This document shows positions 54,271 through 63,697 of a DNA stretch of 64,000 nt, piece after piece. The position numbers and the translations under genes are program-made. The DNA is taken from NCBI GenBank assembly GCA_035480055.1, contig DATIIB010000009.1, positions 149,068 through 213,067 of the forward strand, given 5' to 3'. This stretch comes from Candidatus Saccharimonadales bacterium. GTDB taxonomy: Bacteria; Patescibacteriota; Saccharimonadia; Saccharimonadales; DASZAF01. The first letter of the stretch is position 1. Each line of letters starts with the position of its first letter. The notes under the pieces are model-generated. The model worked only from the letters and a program-made list of their open reading frames with translations. It was not told the origin of the DNA and made no database searches.

Positions 54271-54316
54271 GCCAAACAAAATGGACCTACTTTCCAGCAG
54301 GTCCATTTTGTTTGGC
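54271..54316 (-). terminator. Perfect 18-bp hairpin directly 3' of tRNA-Trp that includes the tRNA GCCA end
   Basis: GCCAAACAAAATGGACCT-N10-AGGTCCATTTTGTTTGGC. One arm overlaps the tRNA discriminator base and CCA. Confidence 0.55.
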
Positions 54317-54389
54317 AGGGGTGGAGGGATTCGAACCCCCGGCCCTCGGTTTTGGAGACCGATGCTCTGGCCAACTGAGCTACACCCCT
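54313..54389 (-). tRNA. tRNA-Trp (anticodon CCA), CCA end encoded
   Basis: The reverse complement folds as AGGGGTG-TA-GCTC-AGTTGGCC-AGAGC-A-TCGGT-CT-CCA-AA-ACCGA-GGGCC-GGGGG-TTCGAAT-CCCTC-CACCCCT-G-CCA. Confidence 0.95.
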
Positions 54390-54447
54390 ATGCGTGTACC
54401 TCGGTATTATACAACAATTTCCAGGAGTTTGTTATACTAGCAAGTAC

Positions 54448-55182
54448 ATGAAGCAGCTGGACCTCCCTCAACCCTTATTACTGATTACGATTGGCTATCC
54501 GGGCGCGGGCAAAAGCAGCTTTGCCAAACAGCTTGCCAAGAGTTATGACTTTGCCTGGGTGCACGCCAATTATTTGCGTCATAGCTTGTTTGCGCACCCG
54601 AGTTTTAGCCGCGAGGAAGAAGAATGCGTGGGTATGATTACCGATTACATGCTCCGCGAATTGCTCCGTGGCCACGGCAACATTATTTTTGATGCCAACG
54701 CCAATCCACAAATTGCGCGCGCCAAGATTATCAAGCAGGCAAGGGACGCAGGCTTTCGAGTTCTGACCGTGTGGATCCAAACCGATCTAGAAACCGCCAA
54801 ACTGCGCGCCAGCAAACGGACCGGACGCCGCCAGGACGACGAGTTCAACGCCATTGCCTACACCACCCAACAATTTGAGCATTTTGCCAAGCAGCTGGCC
54901 CGGCCAATGACGAGCGAAAGCTATGTGGTAATTAGCGGCAAGCACGCATACCCAACGCAAATTCGCACGCTCCTGACCAAGATCGAAGAACTCTATCGCC
55001 CAGCCAAACCACATGCTGCCAAACCCGAAGCCAAAAGAGAAATCCGTCAGGTCAAAGAGATTATGCCGCCCAAACGCGATCAACTGCCTTCGGTCGAAGA
55101 CATTCACCGGGCAGCCGCACCCAAGCCCAAAGAACGCTCGCGACCGCGCTTTGATATTACACGCCACATTAAATTCCGCTAA
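54448..55182 (+). CDS. P-loop NTPase/kinase-like protein (AAA_33/zeta-toxin-like fold)
   Basis: LLITIGYPGAGKSSFAKQL Walker A directly at the N-terminus, with a Lys/Pro-rich tail. Start at the ATG at 54448 to avoid the tRNA-Trp overlap. Confidence 0.65.
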   Translation: MKQLDLPQPLLLITIGYPGAGKSSFAKQLAKSYDFAWVHANYLRHSLFAHPSFSREEEECVGMITDYMLRELLRGHGNIIFDANANPQIARAKIIKQARDAGFRVLTVWIQTDLETAKLRASKRTGRRQDDEFNAIAYTTQQFEHFAKQLARPMTSESYVVISGKHAYPTQIRTLLTKIEELYRPAKPHAAKPEAKREIRQVKEIMPPKRDQLPSVEDIHRAAAPKPKERSRPRFDITRHIKFR

Positions 55183-55892
55183 TGGCCAGCGCACAGGTTT
55201 TTGAACTTCCAGATGTCGAATTCGGCACAGTGCTGATTCGCTGCAACCCCCGAGCCAGGCGGGTCATTTTGCGCGTCAAGCACGATGCGTCGGTGCATAT
55301 TACCGTGCCACACAAGCGCCACCTTCCCGCAGCTCAGAAGCTACTGAATGACGCCCGCGGCCGTATTCGCGTCCAGCGCGAAGAACTCACCCAGAGCGCG
55401 CCCAATTACGCTCCTGGCGCCATGGTTGGCCGAAGCCACCAACTGGTGTTTCGCGCGCAGCCAGAAGGACCGATCACCACCCGCGTCAGCGAAAACCAGA
55501 TTATTGTGAAGTACCCATTCGCGCTCAGCCCCGAAGACGAGCAGGTGCAACAAAAAGTGCGGGTCGCGGTCAAAAAAGCACTGCGGCGCCAAGCTGGCGA
55601 CTTTTTGCCGCAACGACTCGCGCACCTGGCCCATCAATGGGGACTCACTTACAAAGAAGTACACATTACCAGCGGCAGCACCCGATGGGGAAGTTGCAGT
55701 AGTGACAACACGATCAATCTTAATCTTTCGCTCATGACATTGCCCGACTATTTGGTGGACTACGTCATCTGCCACGAACTCTGCCACACCATCCAGCACA
55801 ACCATAGCGACCGGTTCTGGGAGTTGGTAGCCAATTTGATGCCAGAGTGGAAGGCGATTCGCAAAGAACTCAAAGACCAATACACCTTTTAG
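55182..55892 (+). CDS. YgjP-like metal-dependent hydrolase (DUF45/M48 superfamily)
   Basis: YVICHELCHTIQHNHSDRFW (HExxH plus a downstream H) is typical of the family. Confidence 0.8.
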   Translation: MASAQVFELPDVEFGTVLIRCNPRARRVILRVKHDASVHITVPHKRHLPAAQKLLNDARGRIRVQREELTQSAPNYAPGAMVGRSHQLVFRAQPEGPITTRVSENQIIVKYPFALSPEDEQVQQKVRVAVKKALRRQAGDFLPQRLAHLAHQWGLTYKEVHITSGSTRWGSCSSDNTINLNLSLMTLPDYLVDYVICHELCHTIQHNHSDRFWELVANLMPEWKAIRKELKDQYTF

Positions 55893-55946
55893 GTTCGCAC
55901 CGTAAGCATTTATGTTTTTGGAGTGTCGTGTCATAATGAGCGCAAG

Positions 55947-57614
55947 ATGTTTGCAACCTTTCTGCGACTCGATTCCCATAATCAGCCAGGCTGGCAAGGT
56001 GTTAATTTAGCCCTGACCACTGCTGGCGTTGTATCGCTCGCCACGATCAAAATTGGCGCAAGCCCTTCAGAGTATCCAATTTGGTCCTATCTCTTCGGCA
56101 CAATCTTTCTGATGGTCTTGGGGTGCGTGCAATTCTTTTGGCAGCCTCAGACACCGGCCAAAAACAAATACTACCTGGCCGCATATCATGTGGTGCTGAT
56201 TTTTAGTTCACTGACCATTAGCGTCTTCAACCCGCTTTTCATCGGCGGTTGGGCGGTCTTGATGGTCGCTTCGGGCATTTTGTTGCATCTTCGAGGCGTG
56301 CTGATTAGTTTTTCCTGTTTTATTTCGATCATCGTGGCCGGTTCGATAATTCACCATTTGCAAACGAGTATTTTTCTCAGTTTATTAGTGCAGTCTTCCC
56401 TGATTGGCGGCACGGCCATTGTGGTTGCCCAGATTATTGTGATGTCCCAAAGACGGGGAGCTGATCTGGAGCAATCGCGAGAGAAAGAGCGTCTGGAACG
56501 TGAACGTTTGCTCGCCCTGGTGAACAGCATGGGTGACGCGGTAATTGCCGTAAACGAAAAAGGCGAGATCAGCGTGTACAACGCCGCAGCCTCCAGCTTG
56601 CTGGACACCAACATCGACTTGGTCGGCAAGCCGATCACCCGCGTTCTGCATTTGCGTGACACCAATGGCAAAAAGGTCAACCTAATGAAAATGCTGGCAG
56701 AGCTCAAAAGCAACATTGTCCGCACCGATCTACGCCACCAGTTCAATGACAAAGAAATGATCGATCTGTATCTTAACATCGCGTTAATTCACCTTGGCTA
56801 CCAAAAAGAAGGCGAGCGCGGCTACACCTTTTTGCTGCGGGACATTACTAAAGAAAAATCCCTTGAGCAAGAACGCGATGAGTTTATCTCGGTGGTAAGC
56901 CATGAACTACGAACGCCTATCGCGATTGCCGAAGGAAGTCTCTCGAATGTTTTGGTGTTACAAGATAGAGGTATCAGCAAAGAGACGATCACCGAATCTA
57001 TTAAAGAGGCGCACGAGCAAGTTCTGTTTCTCTCCAAGATGACCAACGACCTGGCAACTTTGTCTCGGGCTGAGCGTGGCACTGCTGATCTGGAGATTGA
57101 ACCAATCGACGTGCCATCGCTGCTTGAAGAACTGCGTGCCAACTACGAGCATCAGGCTACCGAGAAACATCTGCAACTCATCACCCGGATCAAGGGTAAG
57201 ATCGAAGCACTCGACACCAGCAAGCTCTACATCCAGGAAATCTTGCAGAACTTTATTACCAACGCTCTCAAGTACACCAAAGAAGGCTCAGTCACGGTCA
57301 CAGCCGAAATGGACCGCCAGCATCACATTATATTTACGGTTAAAGACACTGGCATTGGGATCAGTAAGTCAGACCAAAAACGCTTATTTGAAAAATTCTT
57401 CCGTTCAGAAGATTACCGCACCCGCGAAAGTTCTGGCACCGGCCTGGGACTGTACTTGGTCAAGAAGTTAGCGGAGCAACTCAATGCCAAAATCAGCATC
57501 GAGAGCCGCCTCAACTTTGGCTCAACCTTCCGCATTACCATCCCGCAACTTGAGCGGCCTTCCAAGAATGGTGAGGTTGCACCAAAACCAGCAACCACTA
57601 ATCACGAATCGTAG
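55947..57614 (+). CDS. Membrane sensor histidine kinase (orphan; no response regulator adjacent)
   Basis: Several N-terminal TM helices, a PAS-like segment (LLALVNSMGDAVIAVNEKGEI), the H-box SHELRTPIAIAEG, and the ATPase G-box SSGTGLGLYLVKKL. A GTG at 55923 is an alternative start. Confidence 0.85.
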   Translation: MFATFLRLDSHNQPGWQGVNLALTTAGVVSLATIKIGASPSEYPIWSYLFGTIFLMVLGCVQFFWQPQTPAKNKYYLAAYHVVLIFSSLTISVFNPLFIGGWAVLMVASGILLHLRGVLISFSCFISIIVAGSIIHHLQTSIFLSLLVQSSLIGGTAIVVAQIIVMSQRRGADLEQSREKERLERERLLALVNSMGDAVIAVNEKGEISVYNAAASSLLDTNIDLVGKPITRVLHLRDTNGKKVNLMKMLAELKSNIVRTDLRHQFNDKEMIDLYLNIALIHLGYQKEGERGYTFLLRDITKEKSLEQERDEFISVVSHELRTPIAIAEGSLSNVLVLQDRGISKETITESIKEAHEQVLFLSKMTNDLATLSRAERGTADLEIEPIDVPSLLEELRANYEHQATEKHLQLITRIKGKIEALDTSKLYIQEILQNFITNALKYTKEGSVTVTAEMDRQHHIIFTVKDTGIGISKSDQKRLFEKFFRSEDYRTRESSGTGLGLYLVKKLAEQLNAKISIESRLNFGSTFRITIPQLERPSKNGEVAPKPATTNHES

Positions 57615-59133
57615 CGGTAAACTTCTCCATCGGGATTGCTTCCATGATGGGGTAGCAGACATTGCGACCCTTCCAGTTGACTTCGCCAAATTCAAACTGC
57701 AGCATGGACCAATCGTAGAGCAAGATTTCGAACACTACCAAGATCGGGAAGTTAATCACCCCAACCCACCATCCATTTGGAGCAGTCACGCGCAAGATGG
57801 CCAGGTGAGTGAGCGTAAAACTGAGCACCGCGATAGCTGCAAAGGGCGTCAATGCGTTCACCGGGCCGTGCGCAAGTTGCCACAGCAGAATGACATAGGG
57901 CAATAGAAGCAGTGTCGCAAAAAGCGTCGTGGCCAGCAAGACAAGCGCTGGTCGCCGTTTGAGCGCCGGATAAAACGTCCGCGTGGCTGTCTCCAACTGG
58001 CTAGAAAGTCGTTTGCGAGTAGTAACACCAAGCGTCGTATCGGACAGCACAAAACGATAGCCATGCTTTGGCCGCAAGGCCTGCGCAAAATGAACCTCGG
58101 GGAACACGCTGCTTTTATATGCGCCGAACCCACCGAGCCGACGGAGTGAATCGCTCCAAATCGCCCAACACGGACTAGAGATTGGCACATGCCGGCGCGA
58201 AATCGGTAACACAATTTGCCAAAAGTTTCGGAGTTGCTCAAAAAAAGTAGGGGCAAGGTCAAACTGGCGGCGGCTGGGCAGGACGGACAGCATCTCGGTC
58301 TTTTCGTGAACCATATAACTCACCATCCGGCTGATACTTTGCGGATCAAAGTGCGTGTCGACACCAGCAAAAATAATCAGATCACCGCTAGCTTCAGCCG
58401 CCAGAGTGTTGCAGGCATAGTTTTTGCCCAGCCACCCATCGGCCGGGAGTTCACCTTGTACAAAGCGCACGCCATCTTGGGCAAAGTTACGAATCACGGC
58501 CGCAGTCGCGTCCTGCGAACAATCATCCAGCACCAGGATTTCGAGTTTGCGATAATCGGAGGTGATCGCCTGTGTCAGCATTTCCTCAAGCGCATGGGTT
58601 TCGTTACGCGCCGGAATCGCCAAGGTGACGGTGGGCAAATCGTGTTCGCGGGTGAGCGGCTTGACCGGTGTTGCACGGTAACGACGCAGACTAACCAGCG
58701 CTCGCCCAAACATAAACACACCCAGGACTGCACTCACTGAGAGCGAAAAGCCCACCGCATAATACGGCGTAAGGTGCCAATAGCCATGGCTGATCAGCTC
58801 TGAACTTCCCGCAAGCACTGTGAGCATCCCGCCCAGCCACCACACATTAAGCGGCACTGCGCGGCGCAAGTACACTTCGTGGAATCGATTCATCCACAGC
58901 CGCAAGGCATTCACTATCAAGAAAAGTGTGACGGTAAATATCCCAAGGCCGGCCCATGGCCGCAGCTGCGTCGTTGCCAATAGCGGCAAAGAGACGATAT
59001 AGAGCGCCGCAACCACGCCGCCAAGTCCCCGACGAAAGCGCCACAGCAAGTCCAGTTTACATATCGCCACTTGCAGCAATGCAGCCACACTCATCCAGGC
59101 TACCCACACCAACGTCGTATCGGCAAAGATCAT
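57598..59133 (-). CDS. Polytopic membrane family 2 glycosyltransferase
   Basis: TVTLAIPARNETHALEEML...LEILVLDDCSQDAT is a GT2 core, flanked by multiple TM helices. Confidence 0.8.
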   Translation of the reverse strand: MIFADTTLVWVAWMSVAALLQVAICKLDLLWRFRRGLGGVVAALYIVSLPLLATTQLRPWAGLGIFTVTLFLIVNALRLWMNRFHEVYLRRAVPLNVWWLGGMLTVLAGSSELISHGYWHLTPYYAVGFSLSVSAVLGVFMFGRALVSLRRYRATPVKPLTREHDLPTVTLAIPARNETHALEEMLTQAITSDYRKLEILVLDDCSQDATAAVIRNFAQDGVRFVQGELPADGWLGKNYACNTLAAEASGDLIIFAGVDTHFDPQSISRMVSYMVHEKTEMLSVLPSRRQFDLAPTFFEQLRNFWQIVLPISRRHVPISSPCWAIWSDSLRRLGGFGAYKSSVFPEVHFAQALRPKHGYRFVLSDTTLGVTTRKRLSSQLETATRTFYPALKRRPALVLLATTLFATLLLLPYVILLWQLAHGPVNALTPFAAIAVLSFTLTHLAILRVTAPNGWWVGVINFPILVVFEILLYDWSMLQFEFGEVNWKGRNVCYPIMEAIPMEKFTATIRD

Positions 59134-59160
59134 ATGCTTATCGTAGCATATTGTCGCGGT

Positions 59161-59871
59161 TCAAAATGGCAAAGTCAGCGGATCGATCCAGCCCGAAAGC
59201 TGACTTTTGGCCTGCACATAGCCGCGCAGATCCAGTGTGGTCCCGGCGAGCACCGCAAAGTGCAGATGCCGCCGCTCGCCATCGGTTTCGTGAGAATAGG
59301 CGACGCCGAGCTTGCCGATTTGCTGGCCCCGCGTCACCTGAGCGCCGACAGCTGCTAACGAAGCCACGTTTAGATGTCCATACAACACCAGATGCGGCGC
59401 GCCCGAAATCTGATACCGCACCACGATCACCCCGCCATAACCTGACACCCAGTTAGCATACGTGACCGTCCCAGCGGTGATTGCGTACACCGGCACATCA
59501 CCGGTAACGTCACCGTATTCGACATCGACACCATTATGATAGCCCTGAAATCGCTCGGGCTGCACAGGCGAATTCTGTGGCGTGACGTAAGTACCAAACA
59601 TCTTCTTGGTGATACGCGCCTTAAATTGAGCAATTGGTTCGGCAAGTTCGGGGGCTGGTTGGGGAGCAGGCGTAGGCGTTGTGGCTGTTGGCGCGGGAGC
59701 TGGAGTTACAGATGTTGACGACGACCTGCTTGGCTGTATCGTTGGTTGCGGTGTGGAGGATTTATGAACAAAAGCATAGGCCGTCCCCAGTCCGGCCATA
59801 CCAAGCACCAGGATAATCCCACCAACAATGTATGCTTTCTGACTAGGACGTTTCCAGCGGCGCTTGTGCAT
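59161..59871 (-). CDS. M23-family peptidase with N-terminal membrane anchor
   Basis: YHNGVDVEYG, LYGHLN and RRHLHFAV motifs, with an N-terminal TM helix and a Pro/Thr linker. Confidence 0.85.
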   Translation of the reverse strand: MHKRRWKRPSQKAYIVGGIILVLGMAGLGTAYAFVHKSSTPQPTIQPSRSSSTSVTPAPAPTATTPTPAPQPAPELAEPIAQFKARITKKMFGTYVTPQNSPVQPERFQGYHNGVDVEYGDVTGDVPVYAITAGTVTYANWVSGYGGVIVVRYQISGAPHLVLYGHLNVASLAAVGAQVTRGQQIGKLGVAYSHETDGERRHLHFAVLAGTTLDLRGYVQAKSQLSGWIDPLTLPF

Positions 59872-59927
59872 ACATATAAGTATACTCGCTTAATCTTAAG
59901 AAGGTTTGATCTCCCTTAAGACTTTAC

Positions 59928-59956
59928 TTGACTTCCTAAACTAAAATAGCTACTAT
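59928..59956 (+). promoter_or_regulatory. Putative promoter of secE-nusG
   Basis: TTGACT-N17-TACTAT. Confidence 0.45.
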
Positions 59957-59966
59957 TGACGTAACC

Positions 59967-59987
59967 GCCTACTACTGTAGGCTTTTT
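59967..59987 (+). promoter_or_regulatory. Small terminator-like hairpin in the secE leader
   Basis: GCCTAC-TACT-GTAGGC followed by T5, lying between the putative promoter and the secE RBS (GGAAGAGG). Confidence 0.4.
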
Positions 59988-60003
59988 AAATTGGAAGAGG
60001 ATT

Positions 60004-60303
60004 ATGAAAAAGTTATCGCTCCGCAAGAAGAAGGGTACCGCAAAGAAGCAACGTGTCAGACGCCCGGCACCACGATGGCTGAAAGCGATTGGCCGCGTGC
60101 TTGGTATCATCTTCCGCCCGCTACGACCCCTGGGACGTTACTTTGCGGGAGCATGGTACGAACTTCGCCAGGTCAGTTGGCCTTCGCGTAAGTCGACCAC
60201 CAAATTAACGATTGCGGTGATTATCTTCACAGCGGTCATGACCGTGTTTATCGTCACCCTCGATTTTGGATTTGAACAATTAGTGAAAAGGATTTTACTG
60301 TAA
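60004..60303 (+). CDS. secE: Preprotein translocase subunit SecE
   Basis: FAGAWYELRQVSWPSRKSTTKLTIAVIIFTAVMTVFIVTLD is the typical SecE C-terminal TM region. nusG follows. Confidence 0.85.
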   Translation: MKKLSLRKKKGTAKKQRVRRPAPRWLKAIGRVLGIIFRPLRPLGRYFAGAWYELRQVSWPSRKSTTKLTIAVIIFTAVMTVFIVTLDFGFEQLVKRILL

Positions 60304-60845
60304 TGACACAACGCTACGACTCATCAAAACAATGGTACGCCATTCACACCTACGCCGGCTACGAAGAGAAGGTAGCTGAATCAATTCGCCAACGCGCCGA
60401 TTCACTCGACATGGCTGACAAGATTTTTGATGTCTTGGTACCAAAAGAAAAACAGATCGAGATCAAAAACGGCAAACGCAAAATTGTGGAGAAAAAAATC
60501 TTCCAAGGTTACGTGATCGTTGAGATGCGCATGAGCGAAGACGCTTGGTACATTGTTCGCAATACTCCAGGAGTCACAGGCTTTGTGGGTAGCGGCACCA
60601 CGCCAACGCCTGTCAGCGACGACGAAATGGACAAAATCAAGCGCCGCATGGGTGTTGAAGATCCTAAACACAAGATCGACTTCGCGCCTAACGAAGTGGT
60701 CAGCATTGTTGACGGACCGTTCAAGGGCTTTGATGGCACCATTAGCGAAATCGACACGCAAAAGGGCAAGATTAAAGTGCTCGTGAGCATGTTCGGCCGC
60801 GAAACACCAGTTGAGCTAGACGCCTTGCAGGTTAAAAAAGTCTAG
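60303..60845 (+). CDS. nusG: Transcription termination/antitermination factor NusG
   Basis: WYAIHTYAGYEEKV (NGN domain) and the KOW motif VDGPFKGFDGTISEIDTQKGKIKVLVSMFGRETPVEL. Confidence 0.95.
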   Translation: MTQRYDSSKQWYAIHTYAGYEEKVAESIRQRADSLDMADKIFDVLVPKEKQIEIKNGKRKIVEKKIFQGYVIVEMRMSEDAWYIVRNTPGVTGFVGSGTTPTPVSDDEMDKIKRRMGVEDPKHKIDFAPNEVVSIVDGPFKGFDGTISEIDTQKGKIKVLVSMFGRETPVELDALQVKKV

Positions 60846-60870
60846 TCCTTAAAGCAACATGTGCGTTCAC

Positions 60871-60895
60871 ACTAGCCCTTCTCAGGGCTAGTTTT
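60871..60895 (+). terminator. Rho-independent terminator after nusG
   Basis: ACTAGCCC-TTCTCA-GGGCTAGT followed by TTT. Confidence 0.7.
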
Positions 60896-60898
60896 CTA

Positions 60899-60926
60899 TT
60901 GACGATCTCTCTTGTAGCGCTATACA
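60899..60926 (+). promoter_or_regulatory. Putative promoter of the lectin/beta-helix gene
   Basis: TTGACG-N16-TATACA. Confidence 0.35.
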
Positions 60927-60957
60927 CTAAGCGTAAGCTTAAAATAAAGGGTATCTT

Positions 60958-62526
60958 ATGCCAGCAAAAAAGAGTAGTAACCGCGCCAAAGCAAGTTCGG
61001 CTCGTACCAAACGTGCGCCTGTACGAGGATCAATTATTTCTCAGCGCTTTAAATTCTTAGCGAGTAGCTTTACCGCTGTGGTCGTGCTGTTGTCTGGCAT
61101 TTATCTTGCAACCTCCAACGCAGCAACCAAACCCGCTGGCACCGTTGATCTGCAGCTCAAAAATATCGCCAACAAATGTCTGGATAACCAAGGCAGCCGC
61201 AAAAAGAACGGCAACAAGATCCAACTATGGCATTGTAACCGCACTAGCGCGCAGCACTGGGCCGTTGGCGGTGACGGCACACTCCGGATCGCGAACGATA
61301 CCAAATACTGTTTGGATACCAAAGATTCCGGCACTGCCGAGCAGACGCCTCTGGTCTTGTGGCAATGTGACACGAGCCACCAAAGTCAGAAATGGCAATT
61401 TATGGATGATGGCTCGGTCAAGAACACTCAGTCTGGACTCTGTTTAGACGACAAATATTCTGGCAACAAGAATGGCAACACTATTTGGCTCTGGCACTGC
61501 AACCAAACCAACGCGCAAATCTGGAAAGCTGTGAGCTATCGACCTGTCACTGGTGGCGACACTGGCTCGACCAATCCAAGCTCTGGCGGTGGAAGCGGTA
61601 ACACCGGCGGAAGCACCGGCAATACAGGTGGCGGCAGCGGGACCGGGAGCAATGGAAGTATTGCGTGCCAAGTATCTGGATCTGCGTTCGCTGTTCCGGC
61701 AGCCTACGTAAAGCCAACAGCCAGCAACACAGGCGTTCCGGCTGGGACAACCCTCACCACCACTGCGCCAGATGGCGTGTCAATCTCGGGCAATGTCTGG
61801 AACGTCACCAAGAACGGCACCACGATTGAGGGCAAAGAGATTAATGGACGCGTATCTGTTGCCAAAGGACTTACCGGCATCACCATCAAGAACAGTCGCA
61901 TTCATGCGCCAGATGGCGTTGACGGCGCGGTTGCTCAGGGTGGAAACGATAACGCACCGAATGTCACCATCATGAACACCGAGATTTACACCAGCAAGGG
62001 CGGCTACAATGGCGTGCTCCTGACCAACAACTCAAAGGTCTGTGGCTCAAACATCCATGGTTTTGAAAACAACGCTGTACTTGAAGGCAATGGCATTGTC
62101 TTCCAAGGCAACTACATCCACGTCAACCAAGCGTCCCCTGGCAAAAAAGATCCGCACGACGACGGTGTGGAAGTCCGTGTGGGCAATGGCATCAAAATCC
62201 TCGGCAACAACATTGTGCAGACCAACGCCGACGAAAGCTGGCAGCACAACACCAGCGCCTTGTACGTTGCTGCAACCTGGGGCGATCTGGACAACGTGCA
62301 GGTCGATGGCAACTGGTTCGGCGGCGGCACGTTCTCGCTGTACAACGTCACTGTGAAGGTAAACAATCCACCCGCACAGCTAAAGAACGTTGATGTCACC
62401 AATAACAAATGGTACCGTGGCAGCTACGCATACGGTCCTTACGCCACCGACGACAATAGCAACTGGAAAGCGCGCACCTGGAGCAATAACTCTTATGAAG
62501 ACAACGGGGCGGCAATTGCGCGGTAA
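60958..62526 (+). CDS. Membrane-anchored ricin-B-lectin / right-handed beta-helix protein
   Basis: N-terminal anchor is paralogous to that of 10720-12195 (IISQRFKFLASSFTAVVVLLSGIYL). Q-x-W lectin repeats (SAQHW, SQKW, AQIW), a Gly-rich linker, then beta-helix-like repeats (GITIKNSRIH, VTIMNTEIY, GIVFQGNYIH, GIKILGNNIV). Confidence 0.8.
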   Translation: MPAKKSSNRAKASSARTKRAPVRGSIISQRFKFLASSFTAVVVLLSGIYLATSNAATKPAGTVDLQLKNIANKCLDNQGSRKKNGNKIQLWHCNRTSAQHWAVGGDGTLRIANDTKYCLDTKDSGTAEQTPLVLWQCDTSHQSQKWQFMDDGSVKNTQSGLCLDDKYSGNKNGNTIWLWHCNQTNAQIWKAVSYRPVTGGDTGSTNPSSGGGSGNTGGSTGNTGGGSGTGSNGSIACQVSGSAFAVPAAYVKPTASNTGVPAGTTLTTTAPDGVSISGNVWNVTKNGTTIEGKEINGRVSVAKGLTGITIKNSRIHAPDGVDGAVAQGGNDNAPNVTIMNTEIYTSKGGYNGVLLTNNSKVCGSNIHGFENNAVLEGNGIVFQGNYIHVNQASPGKKDPHDDGVEVRVGNGIKILGNNIVQTNADESWQHNTSALYVAATWGDLDNVQVDGNWFGGGTFSLYNVTVKVNNPPAQLKNVDVTNNKWYRGSYAYGPYATDDNSNWKARTWSNNSYEDNGAAIAR

Positions 62527-62549
62527 TGAGCGAGCGGCATAGCCGCATC

Positions 62550-63122
62550 TTACTCAAGACCAAAGGCCGCTTGCGAAGCGGCCTTTCCCTTCTTTTTGGC
62601 TTCATGATAGAGCGTTCGCACGGTGACCGGATGCTTGTCCAGTATGGCAGCGGTTTCCCTATGTAAGAATCCATAGTAGTGACGAAGAAGCACAATTTGC
62701 GCCATTGATCTGTTTGCAGCCAAAGATCCAAGCAGTGTCCACATTGTCATCTCAGTCACTACCGCTTCTTCGGGATTAGTTCCGGCTACCGGTGCATGCA
62801 GTTCATCACTCGGCATCAGGACTTCCGGTTTTGTCTGTGACTTTCTATATCTTTGTATCGCCTCATTAAAACCGATACTACATAACCAGGTGCTGACCGC
62901 ACTCTTGCCTTCAAAACCCTCCCAGCCTCTCCACGCTTTCAACATTGTTTCACTCACGATATCCTCGATATCTGCTGGCTGTAAACGTGGAAACTGGCGC
63001 TGCAGATACCCAAAAAGCTTTGGCTCTTGAGTAGTAAACAATGCTTCGAATACTTCCTCTTTACTGCCAGGTTCTAATGCCTCGTCGTCGGATTCGTAAT
63101 ATATAGGGCTTGATTCTTCCAC
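62550..63122 (-). CDS. ECF-type RNA polymerase sigma-70 family factor
   Basis: Region 2 DIEDIVSETMLKAWRGWEGF and region 4 HTH YGFLHRETAAILDKHPVTVRTLYHEAKKK. Confidence 0.85.
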   Translation of the reverse strand: MEESSPIYYESDDEALEPGSKEEVFEALFTTQEPKLFGYLQRQFPRLQPADIEDIVSETMLKAWRGWEGFEGKSAVSTWLCSIGFNEAIQRYRKSQTKPEVLMPSDELHAPVAGTNPEEAVVTEMTMWTLLGSLAANRSMAQIVLLRHYYGFLHRETAAILDKHPVTVRTLYHEAKKKGKAASQAAFGLE

Positions 63123-63247
63123 CTTGGTACCTCTTACGGGTATTATAGACTACGTTCTGGCGCGAACGTAGGCAATCTCAACGTTTACAGAAAACTGGGA
63201 TAGTGTTAAAATAACTGAGTTACGCACTCCGCGTTAAGGAGAAAATT

Positions 63248-63697
63248 ATGGCAGTAAAGAAGCAAAAAAAATTAGTTGGCAACATTAAGTTCCGCGTTCC
63301 AGCTGGCAAAGCCAGTCCAGCGCCACCAGTTGGCTCAATCTTGGGTCAGTGGGGCGTGAATATGCAGGACTTTATTAACCCATTCAACGACCAGACCAAA
63401 AGCATGATGGGCACCACTGTTGGTGTCAAAGTAAAAGTCTACGACGACCGTAGCTTTACCTTTACCATCAGCGGCGCACCAACCGACGAAATGATTCGCG
63501 CGGCTATTGGTGCCAGCAAAGGCTCAGGCAAACCTCACACTGACAAAATTGGCAAAATTACCAAGAGCCAGCTCGAAGTAATCGCCAAAGCCAAGATGGA
63601 TCTTGGCACACTCAACGCCAATGACCTGGAGGCAGCCGTTAAGGTTGTCGCCGGGACTGCACGCAGCATGGGCGTCGAGGTTGACTGGGAAAAATAA
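63248..63697 (+). CDS. rplK: 50S ribosomal protein L11
   Basis: KFRVPAGKASPAPPVGSILGQWGVNMQDFINPFN is the L11 signature, with an AAGGAG RBS. Confidence 0.95.
   Translation: MAVKKQKKLVGNIKFRVPAGKASPAPPVGSILGQWGVNMQDFINPFNDQTKSMMGTTVGVKVKVYDDRSFTFTISGAPTDEMIRAAIGASKGSGKPHTDKIGKITKSQLEVIAKAKMDLGTLNANDLEAAVKVVAGTARSMGVEVDWEK

Noticed and set aside
63123-63247. A possible L1-binding regulatory leader upstream of rplK, and the hairpin CTACGTTC-N6-GAACGTAG at 63148-63169.
   Set aside because: I cannot recognise the L1-stalk mimic by eye. The hairpin could equally belong to the divergent ECF sigma promoter region, so the evidence is insufficient for a call.
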